From positions 1 through 20,389 of the forward strand of contig JAWOCD010000119.1 of the NCBI GenBank assembly GCA_046483985.1: 20,389 bases of DNA, written 5' to 3'. The first letter of the stretch is position 1. Each line of letters opens with the position of its first letter. Position numbers and translations under genes: made by a program. The notes under the pieces are model-generated. The model saw only the letters and a list, made by a program, of their open reading frames with translations. It was not told the DNA's origin and did not search any database. Source of the DNA: Promethearchaeia archaeon (GTDB lineage: Archaea; Asgardarchaeota; Lokiarchaeia; Sigyniarchaeales; SOKP01). Of this stretch, positions 1 through 8,659 are shown in pieces.

Positions 1-1483
1 TAATAGTTAATTTACAGAATTCATTAGAATTATCAAAATTAACCCTATAATGATTAAATTCATTATATTTAAGTATTAATGAATTAGATGTCCCGACATT
101 AGATATCTTTAACCATACATTAAAGTGAGTTGAGTTATAATTATCTGTAAAAATATAAAGATTATCTTTCCACGTACCAGTTGTTGCTTCATAAGAAAAT
201 ATACGTGTTTTATCATAATTTTCACTCATATTAAACCAAAACTCTGTTGTAATATTTCCAATATCATTATAATCCTCACTAAATTCACTTACATCTCCGC
301 TTGGATTATCCAATCTTACAATTTGGTTATGCTTATCATCATAACTATTCTCAACAGAATAGTATTCTGGATTATTATAATCATCAAACCCATCCGGGTT
401 AGAACCGATATTATCATCATCAAAATTATAAGTAGATGGGTATTCTTTATCTTGAATAAACTTAGATGATTTTATTGTAGTATAATTCCCATCTACTTCA
501 TTTAAATTGCCTTCACTTGAAACCGTGCCGTTCTGTGTCGTCCAATTGTTTTCTAAATTGTATTTCTGTATATATTCTTCTTCTGAAGGCTCTCCTTGTT
601 CAAATTTAAAGTCCACATACTCCACAAAAGACCAGTCCGTGGAGTCCTGTGCCCATAAGTCCATAGAAATAACCAAATCACTGCCGTAATTAAGGTATTC
701 GGATATATTTACTGTATAAGTATTTTCCCAAGCATCGCTCTCAATTTTGGAAAAGAGCGTGCCTAAAAATGTGTCATACGAGTCAAATGTAGCGTATTCA
801 TCCCACGCCGTAAATTTAAGTTGAATGTCGAGATCATCATCATCGTTCTCACTGATCCCACCTCGGAAAGTAAATTCGCCGTGTTCATACAGAGAAATAT
901 TGTTAAAACAGTTAGTCTCTACCAATATCGTATGTATTTTTTGGTCGTATGTATTCTGTGGGTGTAACTGCCCGTTCTCTATTTCATTATCACTTATATC
1001 TTCCCATCGACCGTATCCATCTGAGAAATCATCCCCGAATGTATAATCTTCTGGAATTTTTCCCTCACTTGCTATATTATCATCTTTTACCGTGCCGTTG
1101 TTTACATTATAGTTATCGGTACCGTAGATAGCTTCAGTCTCTTTATTCTGTTCCTTGTTATCCCAATAGCTTGTAAACGCCCGATCATCATCAAGAGTAT
1201 CAAAGTAAAACTGATTTACGGCATACCCGGAGTATGTTGGCGGTTTATTTACTCCAAAATAGTTATCTCCCATAACGCGTACATTGGACTCCATCTTATT
1301 TCTAAATTGATTAGTGTCACTTGCATTTTCGTACAGTAAATTGTTGGGATCGGATTCAATATCAAGCTGACGCGACTGCATATAATACGAATAATCTGCA
1401 CCGCCAATGTATGAGATACTACTTACTAAAAGCAATGCAAATAAGCCAAATACTAAACCAAATAATTTATTTTTTCTTTCCAT
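1..1483 (-). CDS. Large secreted/surface glycoprotein (adhesin/spike-like, LamG/ConA-like module); 3' end runs off the window
   Basis: Not in the ORF track. Manual translation from ATG 1483 (GAGG RBS) gives MERKNKLFGLVFGLFALLLVSSISYIGGADY... (signal peptide) and stays open to base 1. Acidic, with many N-x-S/T sequons and the motifs YPSTYNFDDDNIGSNPDG, GNITTEFWFN and FNHYRVNFD. Confidence 0.85.
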   Translation of the reverse strand, partial: MERKNKLFGLVFGLFALLLVSSISYIGGADYSYYMQSRQLDIESDPNNLLYENASDTNQFRNKMESNVRVMGDNYFGVNKPPTYSGYAVNQFYFDTLDDDRAFTSYWDNKEQNKETEAIYGTDNYNVNNGTVKDDNIASEGKIPEDYTFGDDFSDGYGRWEDISDNEIENGQLHPQNTYDQKIHTILVETNCFNNISLYEHGEFTFRGGISENDDDDLDIQLKFTAWDEYATFDSYDTFLGTLFSKIESDAWENTYTVNISEYLNYGSDLVISMDLWAQDSTDWSFVEYVDFKFEQGEPSEEEYIQKYNLENNWTTQNGTVSSEGNLNEVDGNYTTIKSSKFIQDKEYPSTYNFDDDNIGSNPDGFDDYNNPEYYSVENSYDDKHNQIVRLDNPSGDVSEFSEDYNDIGNITTEFWFNMSENYDKTRIFSYEATTGTWKDNLYIFTDNYNSTHFNVWLKISNVGTSNSLILKYNEFNHYRVNFDNSNEFCKLTI

Positions 1484-1492
1484 TTTAATCCT

Positions 1493-2101
1493 CTAAAAGC
1501 TTTTAATTATGATTGATCCGCCCCATATAATTAGGAGCGTACCTAAATTGTTAAACATAAATTCAATTCCAACCCTGGAATTTGATTCAAAAACATAATA
1601 TTGCAGAATCCCAGGGATAACTACATCAGTATTAAAAACAATACGAAATCCAACTGTACCGAAATTTGTTCCGAGCGTAATATAAAGAACAAAAACAATC
1701 AAAACCCATTTGACAAGGAGAGAATCGTTCTCGAATAACTTCCCAAAGGTTACATTAATCCAGACCAGAAAGAGAAGCGAGACAATTCCAGCGAACAAGA
1801 TCCCGCTATTCTTATTTCCCTCAACAATCTGTATCTTTAAAACTCTCAAGAGAAATATGAGTAAAATAGCGCAGATAATAAAAGCAAAAATAATAAACAT
1901 ATAATACGCTCTCAGTAGTTCAAGGCGCTTTTCCCTATTTTTATATATATTTATTAGTAAATAGAGCGTAAATCCGAGCAATAAAATAAATATAATAAAG
2001 AGAAACCAAGCATCGCGCACGGTACAGAAATAAATAGTCTCTTCCGCGTCATTTGGCTCCATAAGCGCGGGAATTGTCCATTCATTTTCGCTCAGCCTCA
2101 T
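1493..2101 (-). CDS. Multi-pass membrane protein (about 5 TM)
   Basis: 202-aa ORF with several long hydrophobic segments, directly upstream of the glycoprotein gene. Confidence 0.8.
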   Translation of the reverse strand: MRLSENEWTIPALMEPNDAEETIYFCTVRDAWFLFIIFILLLGFTLYLLINIYKNREKRLELLRAYYMFIIFAFIICAILLIFLLRVLKIQIVEGNKNSGILFAGIVSLLFLVWINVTFGKLFENDSLLVKWVLIVFVLYITLGTNFGTVGFRIVFNTDVVIPGILQYYVFESNSRVGIEFMFNNLGTLLIIWGGSIIIKSF

Positions 2102-2369
2102 ACTTTCGCCTCCTGTCTGCGGATACTTTAAAATAATAACCTACCTGCTTTTTCTCGATACCTTTAAGTTTTGCTTGTCTTATTAGGCTCCTTTTGGCAA
2201 TATATATAGAGATCATAAATAATAAAGTAATAGGAAAGAAAAGCGCTGTAAAAATATATGTGTATTTAACTATTTTTGGATATGCATACATTAAATGTGG
2301 CTCCATAATCAGATAGAGTAAAGTATGCGCAAAATGTACAACTGCATAAATCCAAAAACCCTTAATCAT
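2082..2369 (-). CDS. Small membrane protein (2 TM, basic C-terminal tail)
   Basis: 95 aa, two hydrophobic helices, overlaps both neighbours as in an operon. Confidence 0.7.
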   Translation of the reverse strand: MIKGFWIYAVVHFAHTLLYLIMEPHLMYAYPKIVKYTYIFTALFFPITLLFMISIYIAKRSLIRQAKLKGIEKKQVGYYFKVSADRRRKYEAERK

Positions 2370-2571
2370 CTTTTTGCCTCATTCTCTCTTCATATACAAT
2401 ATTTACATAAATTTCAAAGACTACAAAAGCAATAAAGCCAATAAATGTAATTACAATTGTATAATAAATATGGATATCTCTAATCATTCCAAGCGCGAGA
2501 ATATAGACAATAAGCGCCAGCGCTACGCGATGCTTAATGCACCAATCATTAATTTTTTCTGAAACCTTCAT
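2362..2571 (-). CDS. Small membrane protein (2 TM)
   Basis: 69 aa, two hydrophobic helices, first gene of the leftward operon. Confidence 0.7.
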   Translation of the reverse strand: MKVSEKINDWCIKHRVALALIVYILALGMIRDIHIYYTIVITFIGFIAFVVFEIYVNIVYEERMRQKDD

Positions 2572-2582
2572 AATCTAACAAG

Positions 2583-2607
2583 TTGTTAATTATATTATAA
2601 TTAACAA
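2583..2607. promoter_or_regulatory. Perfect 12-bp inverted repeat (operator candidate) just upstream of the leftward operon
   Basis: TTGTTAATTATA-T-TATAATTAACAA, ending about 12 bp before the ATG at 2571. Confidence 0.55.
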
Positions 2608-2660
2608 TTTTGATTTATTAATCTTTTCAATAATAGTTATCAAAAATATCGATAATTAAC

Positions 2661-2739
2661 CTTTCTATTAAATAAAGGATTAGGGCTTTTCTGTAAAAAT
2701 CTGTCTGACTTTAACCTAATCTCTTTAATTTTAATAAAG
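2661..2739. repeat. Imperfect inverted repeat of about 25 bp upstream of the integrase (att/recombinase-site candidate)
   Basis: CTTTCTATTAAATAAAGGATTAGG (2661-2684) versus the reverse complement of 2715-2739, CTTTATTAAAATTAAAGAGATTAGG; 30-bp spacer. Confidence 0.45.
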
Positions 2740-2933
2740 ATCTCCAAGAAATTAGGATCTTTTCAATTTTACAAAAAATTGATTTTAGCCAATAAAATAA
2801 AAGAAAAAAGTTCATAATTTACCTTTTACTTTAAAAATTAGCAAGGTATTATATTCAAATCAGAATAATATAAGATTTATTATTGTAAAAAGAATATAAT
2901 ACTTTTTATACTTATTTTTCTAATTTTTTATAT

Positions 2934-4028
2934 ATGCCTGTGGATGAAAATGATCTATTAAAAAATGCTGATTTTAAAGAATTTTGGGATCTTAAGGCGC
3001 GAAATTTAGCAAAAGGTACTCAAACCGGAAAAATGATCGCCCTTAGGCAATTCTTTAACATAGTTGGGCTAAAAAATGCAAACCAATTGCATAAAAAAGA
3101 TATAATTTCCTATATTGGAAGTGAATACTTTAGGGATCTGGGAAATAGTACAAAGAATCTAAAAATTACACACATCAAAACGTATCTAAGATATCATAAA
3201 CGTACAGATTTAATTGATAGCTTTCCAAAATATAGAGAAAAAGACAATGAATTAAATAAAAATGAATTAATTTCGCGTGAGGATCTTGAAAAACTACTGA
3301 AAGCAGCAGATTCAATCGAGCTAAAAACTATGATAATTTTGTTCTATGAGTCTGGCTGTAGAAGAGGGGAATTACTCTCTATTAGAAAAAAGGATATTAA
3401 GTTTGCGAATGGTTATGCGAATCTATATTTACCAAAATCAAAAACGAAAGAGCGAAATATTCCCTTAACAGAGTCTGTTCCCTTTCTTAGGGAATTCTTT
3501 AATGACTCTAATTTTAGTGCAGAGGATCGATTATTCCCTTATACAATTAATCATATTAATGTTCTTGTAAATCGAGTTGAAACCGCAGCAAAAGAAAAGT
3601 TTAATGATTTTGAAAAGGATCTTAATCCTCATCTTTTTAGGCATTCTCGTTTAACAGAATTAGCGACCAACCGTAGACTAAATGAGTCTCAACTAAGAAG
3701 GTTCGCTGGCTGGGCAAAAGACTCTGATCAAGTAAAAGTATATGTACATTTAGATGACTCTGACTTAAGGAATGAATTACTTAATCAAAATAATAAAACA
3801 ATAAAAAGAAAAGAAATAAAAGGATTTGAAGGATATCGGTGCCCTCAATGCGCTGAGATCAATAACAAGTTTAACGAGTTCTGTTGGAAGTGTGGCAAGG
3901 TTCTAAATACTGATCTAATTGTAGAGAAGTTTAATCTGCAAGAGAAAATAACTGAGATAAGTTCCGCAATAGATATACTAATGAAAGATGTAAAAAAGAA
4001 TACAAAAGAAATAGAAAAATTAAAGTAA
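2934..4028 (+). CDS. int: Tyrosine recombinase/integrase, archaeal type with C-terminal Zn ribbon and coiled coil
   Basis: Catalytic motifs GCRRGE (R), KSKT (K), HLFRHS (HxxR), GW and VYVH (Y); C-terminal CPQC..CWKC. Confidence 0.95.
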   Translation: MPVDENDLLKNADFKEFWDLKARNLAKGTQTGKMIALRQFFNIVGLKNANQLHKKDIISYIGSEYFRDLGNSTKNLKITHIKTYLRYHKRTDLIDSFPKYREKDNELNKNELISREDLEKLLKAADSIELKTMIILFYESGCRRGELLSIRKKDIKFANGYANLYLPKSKTKERNIPLTESVPFLREFFNDSNFSAEDRLFPYTINHINVLVNRVETAAKEKFNDFEKDLNPHLFRHSRLTELATNRRLNESQLRRFAGWAKDSDQVKVYVHLDDSDLRNELLNQNNKTIKRKEIKGFEGYRCPQCAEINNKFNEFCWKCGKVLNTDLIVEKFNLQEKITEISSAIDILMKDVKKNTKEIEKLK

Positions 4029-4316
4029 TTTTTTTCGCATTTCCTCCCCAAACTCTTTTAGATTTTTTCCTTTATATCTTTCTTTAAGTTTTTGTATAAT
4101 CTTATCTCCAAAAAAAGGATTTTCTTCATATAAAATCTCTTTTCTATTTAAAATCTCTTTTCTATTTTCTCTTTTTATTAATGCATGAAAAACATCATGA
4201 TCAGGGGAAGGTTCAAACCAGATAAATTTCAGATTATACCCTTCAGACCATTTATTTAGTATTCTTATGAAATTCTCTGGTTTTTGGCGCAATAATTTAT
4301 AATCCAACTTTCTCAC
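4020..4316 (-). CDS. Hypothetical protein
   Basis: 98 aa with GGAG-GTG start; contains an 18-bp tandem duplication (4131-4166, NRKEIL twice); converges on int. Confidence 0.7.
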   Translation of the reverse strand: MRKLDYKLLRQKPENFIRILNKWSEGYNLKFIWFEPSPDHDVFHALIKRENRKEILNRKEILYEENPFFGDKIIQKLKERYKGKNLKEFGEEMRKKLL

Positions 4317-4352
4317 CTCCTTTTTTTAAAATTGACTTGAGATCCAGGTAAT

Positions 4353-6872
4353 TCAGATTTTTTCTTTAAGATGTGTAATCTTTTTATCCTTAATTTTAAC
4401 TATTTTTTCTTTTTCTAAAGTTTTTAAAATCCCTTTAATCTCCTCTTCTGCAATATCTTCTAACTCAGTATCTAATGACCATATAAATTCATTATTGTAT
4501 TCTAAAGAGTCATCTGATGCATAAATAAGATAATCTTTTAATTGCGAAAAAATCGCTCTAACTTTAGAGTTATCAATATCCCATACTTTCTGTATTACTG
4601 TTCCTTTTTTTTTAACAGAAATCAATTGAAATCCTTTTTCTTCCATCCATTGTGTGTTATTCTCGTAAATTACTCTCAGCGGATAATTATCTCTAAGAGC
4701 TGTTCTATTAGGGATTAATTCGTCAATCTCCTCCTCAAAGGTTTCCTGAGTTTCATCAGCATAATAGTTACGCTTAATATATCCTCTAATTAATTTTAGA
4801 ATCTCATTTGTATTTATCTCTTGTTTTTTCTGTGTAATTATGAATTCTTTGAAAACTTTCTTAAAGATCTCATTTATATCAATGCTGTACTTTTGTACAA
4901 ACTGATTATCTCTAAGAGAAAGGATATACCGCGTACCATTTTTCTTAAAATAGGAAAAATCTTTGTCTTTTATTTTTTTACGTAAGTGTAATGAAGAAAT
5001 TGCGCGTAACACTTTTTCACTTGTGTTCAGAGGTCTGAGACTTACTCTGCTCCCAAAACTGTTTTCTATAATCTTATTGTAAAATTTCTTAAGAATTAGT
5101 TCGTATTTTCTTGGTATTTTTGACTTTTTGTAAATCTCTTTTGCTGCTCTCAGCCAATTTGAATGAATATAGTCTATCTTTTGCTTAGTTCTTTGTCTCT
5201 CATCTTTTATGTTTTCAATAAACTTTGGAAAAGAGAAATCTTTTATTTCCAAATCCTTTGAAATTGTTTTAAGAAGTTTATTCGCTTTGATTTTGTATCT
5301 ATTGTCCACGATCCTGGAGTCAACGAACTTGTCGGGTTTTTCAATTATATAGTACAAGTCCCAGCGCCCTAAGAGTGCTCCTATCGTTTCAGACTTCCAC
5401 CCGATGTTTTCAACAAAAGAAAACTCCGGATTATACGAACCGTCCTTTCTTTTAACACAGTTTAAGATATTTATGAGGCTTCCTTTTGTTGGAGGCTCTA
5501 CATTAATCCCATCAAGTATTATTGATGTATATCCGCGTTCTAAGCAGCGTAATGACTCAAGTATTTTTAATTTCATCTTTTGACTCTCGTCAAGTGCGAG
5601 AGTTCCGTTGGTATATTCTACCAAAAGCCCATAACGTACCGTTGGGACTAATCGATCTTCTACGCGTTGTACAGTTCCAACGAAACCGGCAGTACTCATC
5701 TTTTCGTTTATTTCTGTGAATTGCATGTGTTCGCGCCCTGCCTTTCTCTTTATGCTTTTTACAATTGAACTTTTGTAAGTAGCACCCTCTCCAGCAATTA
5801 TTATATTAAGAGTATCGCGAATATTATCTCTTTCATTCCAACTCCCCCCTGTAATTAAAGCATAACTACTAATTAATTTAATTGGATAGAAAAGATCGAT
5901 TAAATATGTTAGAGGGTGCAAAGAATCAACAAGTTTCTCAATGTATGATTGTTTTTTATCTAATTTCTCTCTTAATGTTTCTATGACTCTTTCGTCAATC
6001 TTTTTTTGCTTGATTGGGCGTATATCAATTACATTGATATATTCTGTAAACCTATTTTTATTTTTATTCTCTAATCTCAGTGCCAAAAAACCAATTACTT
6101 CTATCTCTTCTTTTATATTTATTTTATCTAATTTTTGCGAATAATAATTATATTTTGTATCTGTTTCGCATTTTAACTCATAAAAACTTTGATTCATATC
6201 TTGATTACTCATTAGAAAATAGCCATGAGCATTTCTCTTTGTTTTTTTCTGTATGATCTTAAAATCTTTCTTTGCATCTGCTTTACAACTTTTATTTATG
6301 CAAAATCTCGGATATAAAAAATCCTCTCCAACTTGCGGGATTTCAAATGTTGTCGCGCATAAAAGACATTCAAAATAAGTTACTTTCGCTCTCGTTTCTT
6401 TCCGAAGATTAAGTGAATTGTAACGCCCTCTAAATCTGCATAATTCATATGAATACGGTTCAAGATCTTTTGAAATATCTGAAATTAAGGGTATTAAATC
6501 CTTTACATTTTCATAATCGAAGAGTATGTGTACATCTCTAAAACGTTCTTTCATGATTCGATCTAAATCTTGCTCAATCTTAGCTTGAACTTTTAATTCT
6601 TTACGAATTACATCTTGAAAGGAATGTATTGCTGCCTCAGGATCTTTTCTAATATAATCAAAAAGATCTTGACTATAAGACATAACTTGCTCTAAATTAA
6701 TGGAGATAGAGGGATAAAAGTCCCCTTTTTCAACTATTTTTTTATTTATTTCTTGAGGAATTTTTTGGAAGTACAAAAATTCGCTAATTATCTCTTCTTT
6801 TGGACGGCTTGGCTTGTCAGACTCTTTATTTATCTTAAAACCAGACTCTTTATTTATCTTATTTTCTACCAT
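4353..6872 (-). CDS. mcm: MCM-family replicative helicase (divergent, element-encoded)
   Basis: Zn finger CLLC..CINKSC, Walker A GEGATYKS, Walker B LALDESQKM, Arg finger ALLGRWDL, sensor-2 SLRPL, extended C-terminus. Start placed at MVENK (6872) because of an AGGTGT RBS; the ORF track starts at 6896. Confidence 0.92.
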   Translation of the reverse strand: MVENKINKESGFKINKESDKPSRPKEEIISEFLYFQKIPQEINKKIVEKGDFYPSISINLEQVMSYSQDLFDYIRKDPEAAIHSFQDVIRKELKVQAKIEQDLDRIMKERFRDVHILFDYENVKDLIPLISDISKDLEPYSYELCRFRGRYNSLNLRKETRAKVTYFECLLCATTFEIPQVGEDFLYPRFCINKSCKADAKKDFKIIQKKTKRNAHGYFLMSNQDMNQSFYELKCETDTKYNYYSQKLDKINIKEEIEVIGFLALRLENKNKNRFTEYINVIDIRPIKQKKIDERVIETLREKLDKKQSYIEKLVDSLHPLTYLIDLFYPIKLISSYALITGGSWNERDNIRDTLNIIIAGEGATYKSSIVKSIKRKAGREHMQFTEINEKMSTAGFVGTVQRVEDRLVPTVRYGLLVEYTNGTLALDESQKMKLKILESLRCLERGYTSIILDGINVEPPTKGSLINILNCVKRKDGSYNPEFSFVENIGWKSETIGALLGRWDLYYIIEKPDKFVDSRIVDNRYKIKANKLLKTISKDLEIKDFSFPKFIENIKDERQRTKQKIDYIHSNWLRAAKEIYKKSKIPRKYELILKKFYNKIIENSFGSRVSLRPLNTSEKVLRAISSLHLRKKIKDKDFSYFKKNGTRYILSLRDNQFVQKYSIDINEIFKKVFKEFIITQKKQEINTNEILKLIRGYIKRNYYADETQETFEEEIDELIPNRTALRDNYPLRVIYENNTQWMEEKGFQLISVKKKGTVIQKVWDIDNSKVRAIFSQLKDYLIYASDDSLEYNNEFIWSLDTELEDIAEEEIKGILKTLEKEKIVKIKDKKITHLKEKI
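6818..6861. repeat. 20-bp direct repeat (24-bp period) in the MCM N-terminus
   Basis: CAGACTCTTTATTTATCTTA at 6818 and 6842, encoding KINKES twice. Confidence 0.8.
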
Positions 6873-7098
6873 TTTTACACCTTTTTTGTTTTTCATTTTT
6901 CCAATTTAATCTAACAGGGGCGCAAAAAATCTCCCCCTGTGTGAACATTCTATTTTTTATTTTTCTGGATTCTAAAACTTTATAGAGGCTTTTTCCCATT
7001 GAATCAACCCCGGGAAGAAGTTTCTCAACTTCGAGAATCCCTTTATAATAGCGCCTTTTGATTACTTTTTCTCCGAATAAATTTATCTGTATCTTCAT
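6859..7098 (-). CDS. Hypothetical basic protein
   Basis: 79-aa ORF coupled to the mcm start. Confidence 0.55.
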   Translation of the reverse strand: MKIQINLFGEKVIKRRYYKGILEVEKLLPGVDSMGKSLYKVLESRKIKNRMFTQGEIFCAPVRLNWKNEKQKRCKNGRK

Positions 7099-7153
7099 TT
7101 TTATCTAAAAACTTCTTTTTGTAGTTATCCTTTTTGCTTTTTTATGAGTTAAA

Positions 7154-7300
7154 TTAATAGTCCTCTCTCGTCTCTATATATTCTACACTTGCGCTTTTGC
7201 AACATGGACAAATCTCAGTAACCATCCCCTGTAATTCTGTGTGGATAATATCGCTATCCCGTATCTCTGCTTGACACCCCATACATTTCCAAAATCCCAT
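7154..7300 (-). CDS. Small Zn-ribbon protein (48 aa)
   Basis: Below the track cutoff. GGAGGTGA RBS, then MGFWKCMGCQAEIRDSDIIHTELQGMVTEICPCCKSASVEYIETREDY. Confidence 0.75.
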   Translation of the reverse strand: MGFWKCMGCQAEIRDSDIIHTELQGMVTEICPCCKSASVEYIETREDY

Positions 7301-7326
7301 TATTTGCTCACCTCCTTATTTTTTAT

Positions 7327-7692
7327 CTAAAAGTCCATTATTGATTTGAATAATGGTAAATCTCTCTTGTCTGAATTCTTTTTTCTGTTAATTTGGCGGA
7401 ATTTTACGATAAAACAGTATTCTCTTATATTTTCAAAATCATAAAATTTCATGGTTGTTACTATGCATTCCCTTCGCGATTTAAAGCCATCTTGTTGCGC
7501 TTCTTGTTGCGTTATCTCTTTTAGTCTTTTATGATATATCTCTATGACTTTTGCCTCAAATAGGCGCCTCTTTTTATGTTTTATCCAGATAATTTCATCT
7601 TCTCTAAAATCCGGTTTAAATTTAAGTATTTTTTGCTGTTTCTCACCGGATATTAACTTATTCAGAAACATACTAAAATTCAACGCTTTCAT
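7327..7692 (-). CDS. ASCH/PUA-like domain protein
   Basis: LISGEKQQ..., AKVIEIYHKRLKEITQQEAQQDGFKS and FIVKF match the ASCH pattern; the GxKxxTxR motif is degenerate. Confidence 0.8.
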   Translation of the reverse strand: MKALNFSMFLNKLISGEKQQKILKFKPDFREDEIIWIKHKKRRLFEAKVIEIYHKRLKEITQQEAQQDGFKSRRECIVTTMKFYDFENIREYCFIVKFRQINRKKNSDKRDLPLFKSIMDF

Positions 7693-7847
7693 AATTGTTT
7701 TATCTCCTTTATTTTATATTCGGTAAATCCGTTATCTTCTTGATTAATGAATGTTTTTGCCTTATTCTTGTCATAACAATAGCGAAATGCAAAATATTGC
7801 TGCAGCGAAAAGTCAAATTTTAATATTAAAAAAATTGTTTTGCTCAT
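7689..7847 (-). CDS. Hypothetical protein (52 aa)
   Basis: Manual translation MSKTIFLILKFDFSLQQYFAFRYCYDKNKAK...; ATGA overlaps with both neighbours. Confidence 0.6.
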   Translation of the reverse strand: MSKTIFLILKFDFSLQQYFAFRYCYDKNKAKTFINQEDNGFTEYKIKEIKQL

Positions 7848-7969
7848 TTTTGCTGCTGCATCTCCTTTATTTTCTCTCGATTTTCTTTCACTGCTTTTGA
7901 GATCTTCTGAATTTTTTCTATAATTCTTTCGATATCAATTTCAATTCTTTTCGATTTTGATTCTACCAT
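7844..7969 (-). CDS. Small coiled-coil protein (41 aa)
   Basis: MVESKSKRIEIDIERIIEKIQKISKAVKENREKIKEMQQQK; ATGA overlap with the next gene. Confidence 0.55.
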   Translation of the reverse strand: MVESKSKRIEIDIERIIEKIQKISKAVKENREKIKEMQQQK

Positions 7970-8114
7970 GCCTTATATCATCCCGAGATTGTTTCAGCCT
8001 TATCATATATAGGATGCTGTGCAAATTCACGTGCATCCTCAACCATTTTTATATATTTTTCCATTCTTTTCACATCTTTTTTTGATTTATTTTAAATTAT
8101 TTGATATATTTTTG

Positions 8115-8214
8115 CGCTCCAGAAGGGATTTGAACCCCTTTCCGTACCTCACCGCGCGCATTGGTTTTTATTAGATTTTAGACAATTATGCGCCGGATCC
8201 TAACCGCCTGGAGC
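8115..8214 (-). tRNA. tRNA-like element / pseudo-tRNA, anticodon undetermined (100 nt)
   Basis: Acceptor stem GCTCCAG/CTGGAGC with G73; T arm AGGGG-TTCAAAT-CCCTT; short D arm CGG-TTAGGAT-CCG; stem GCGCAT/ATGCGC closing a 26-nt A-rich loop; long variable region. Confidence 0.7.
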
Positions 8215-8226
8215 ATATTAAAATTA

Positions 8227-8394
8227 TCAAATATCATCAGGAAGATCCTTCCTAAATTTTTCCATAATTTTTTCATATTCTTTTGCCGGAATCCCCATTC
8301 GGGATTTTTCCTTTTCTTTCTTGGTAAATTGCTGTTCCCAGTCAAAAAAACTCTTTTTTTCTTTTTCTTGCATTTGATTGCTTAAACCTCTCAT
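8227..8394 (-). CDS. Hypothetical small charged protein (about 48-55 aa)
   Basis: Manual translation ...MQEKEKKSFFDWEQQFTKKEKEKSRMGIPAKEYEKIMEKFRKDLPDDI. Confidence 0.5.
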   Translation of the reverse strand: MRGLSNQMQEKEKKSFFDWEQQFTKKEKEKSRMGIPAKEYEKIMEKFRKDLPDDI

Positions 8395-8419
8395 TTTGAT
8401 TAAAATAAAAAAAAATTGT

Positions 8420-8659
8420 TTAAAGTGAATTTAATTCTACTTTTTTGATTTCTTTAAGCGCCGCCTCGATTGAATATATCGCTTTATTAATATATTTCTG
8501 TGGCTCTGGTACTCTCTCTAAGTCCTCGTTATATTTGAAATCTCCATAGAAGTTATCCTTGACCTTGAATAATTGCTCTTTTATGTCTATGAGCCTTTTC
8601 GATCCTCTTTTAAACTCTTGCCTTTTTTGTTTATATCTCGGATCCTCTTTTAAACTCAT
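8420..8659 (-). CDS. Hypothetical helical protein
   Basis: 79 aa, coupled to the upstream gene and followed by a T-tract. Confidence 0.7.
   Translation of the reverse strand: MSLKEDPRYKQKRQEFKRGSKRLIDIKEQLFKVKDNFYGDFKYNEDLERVPEPQKYINKAIYSIEAALKEIKKVELNSL

Noticed and set aside
4131-4166. 18-bp tandem repeat as a regulatory site
   Set aside because: It is an in-frame coding duplication (NRKEIL twice), most simply explained by replication slippage.
8115-8214. tRNA-Sec or tRNA-Pyl
   Set aside because: There is no TCA anticodon or 9/4 fold for Sec. The long variable region and canonical T loop are unlike Pyl, despite G73 and the 6-bp stem.
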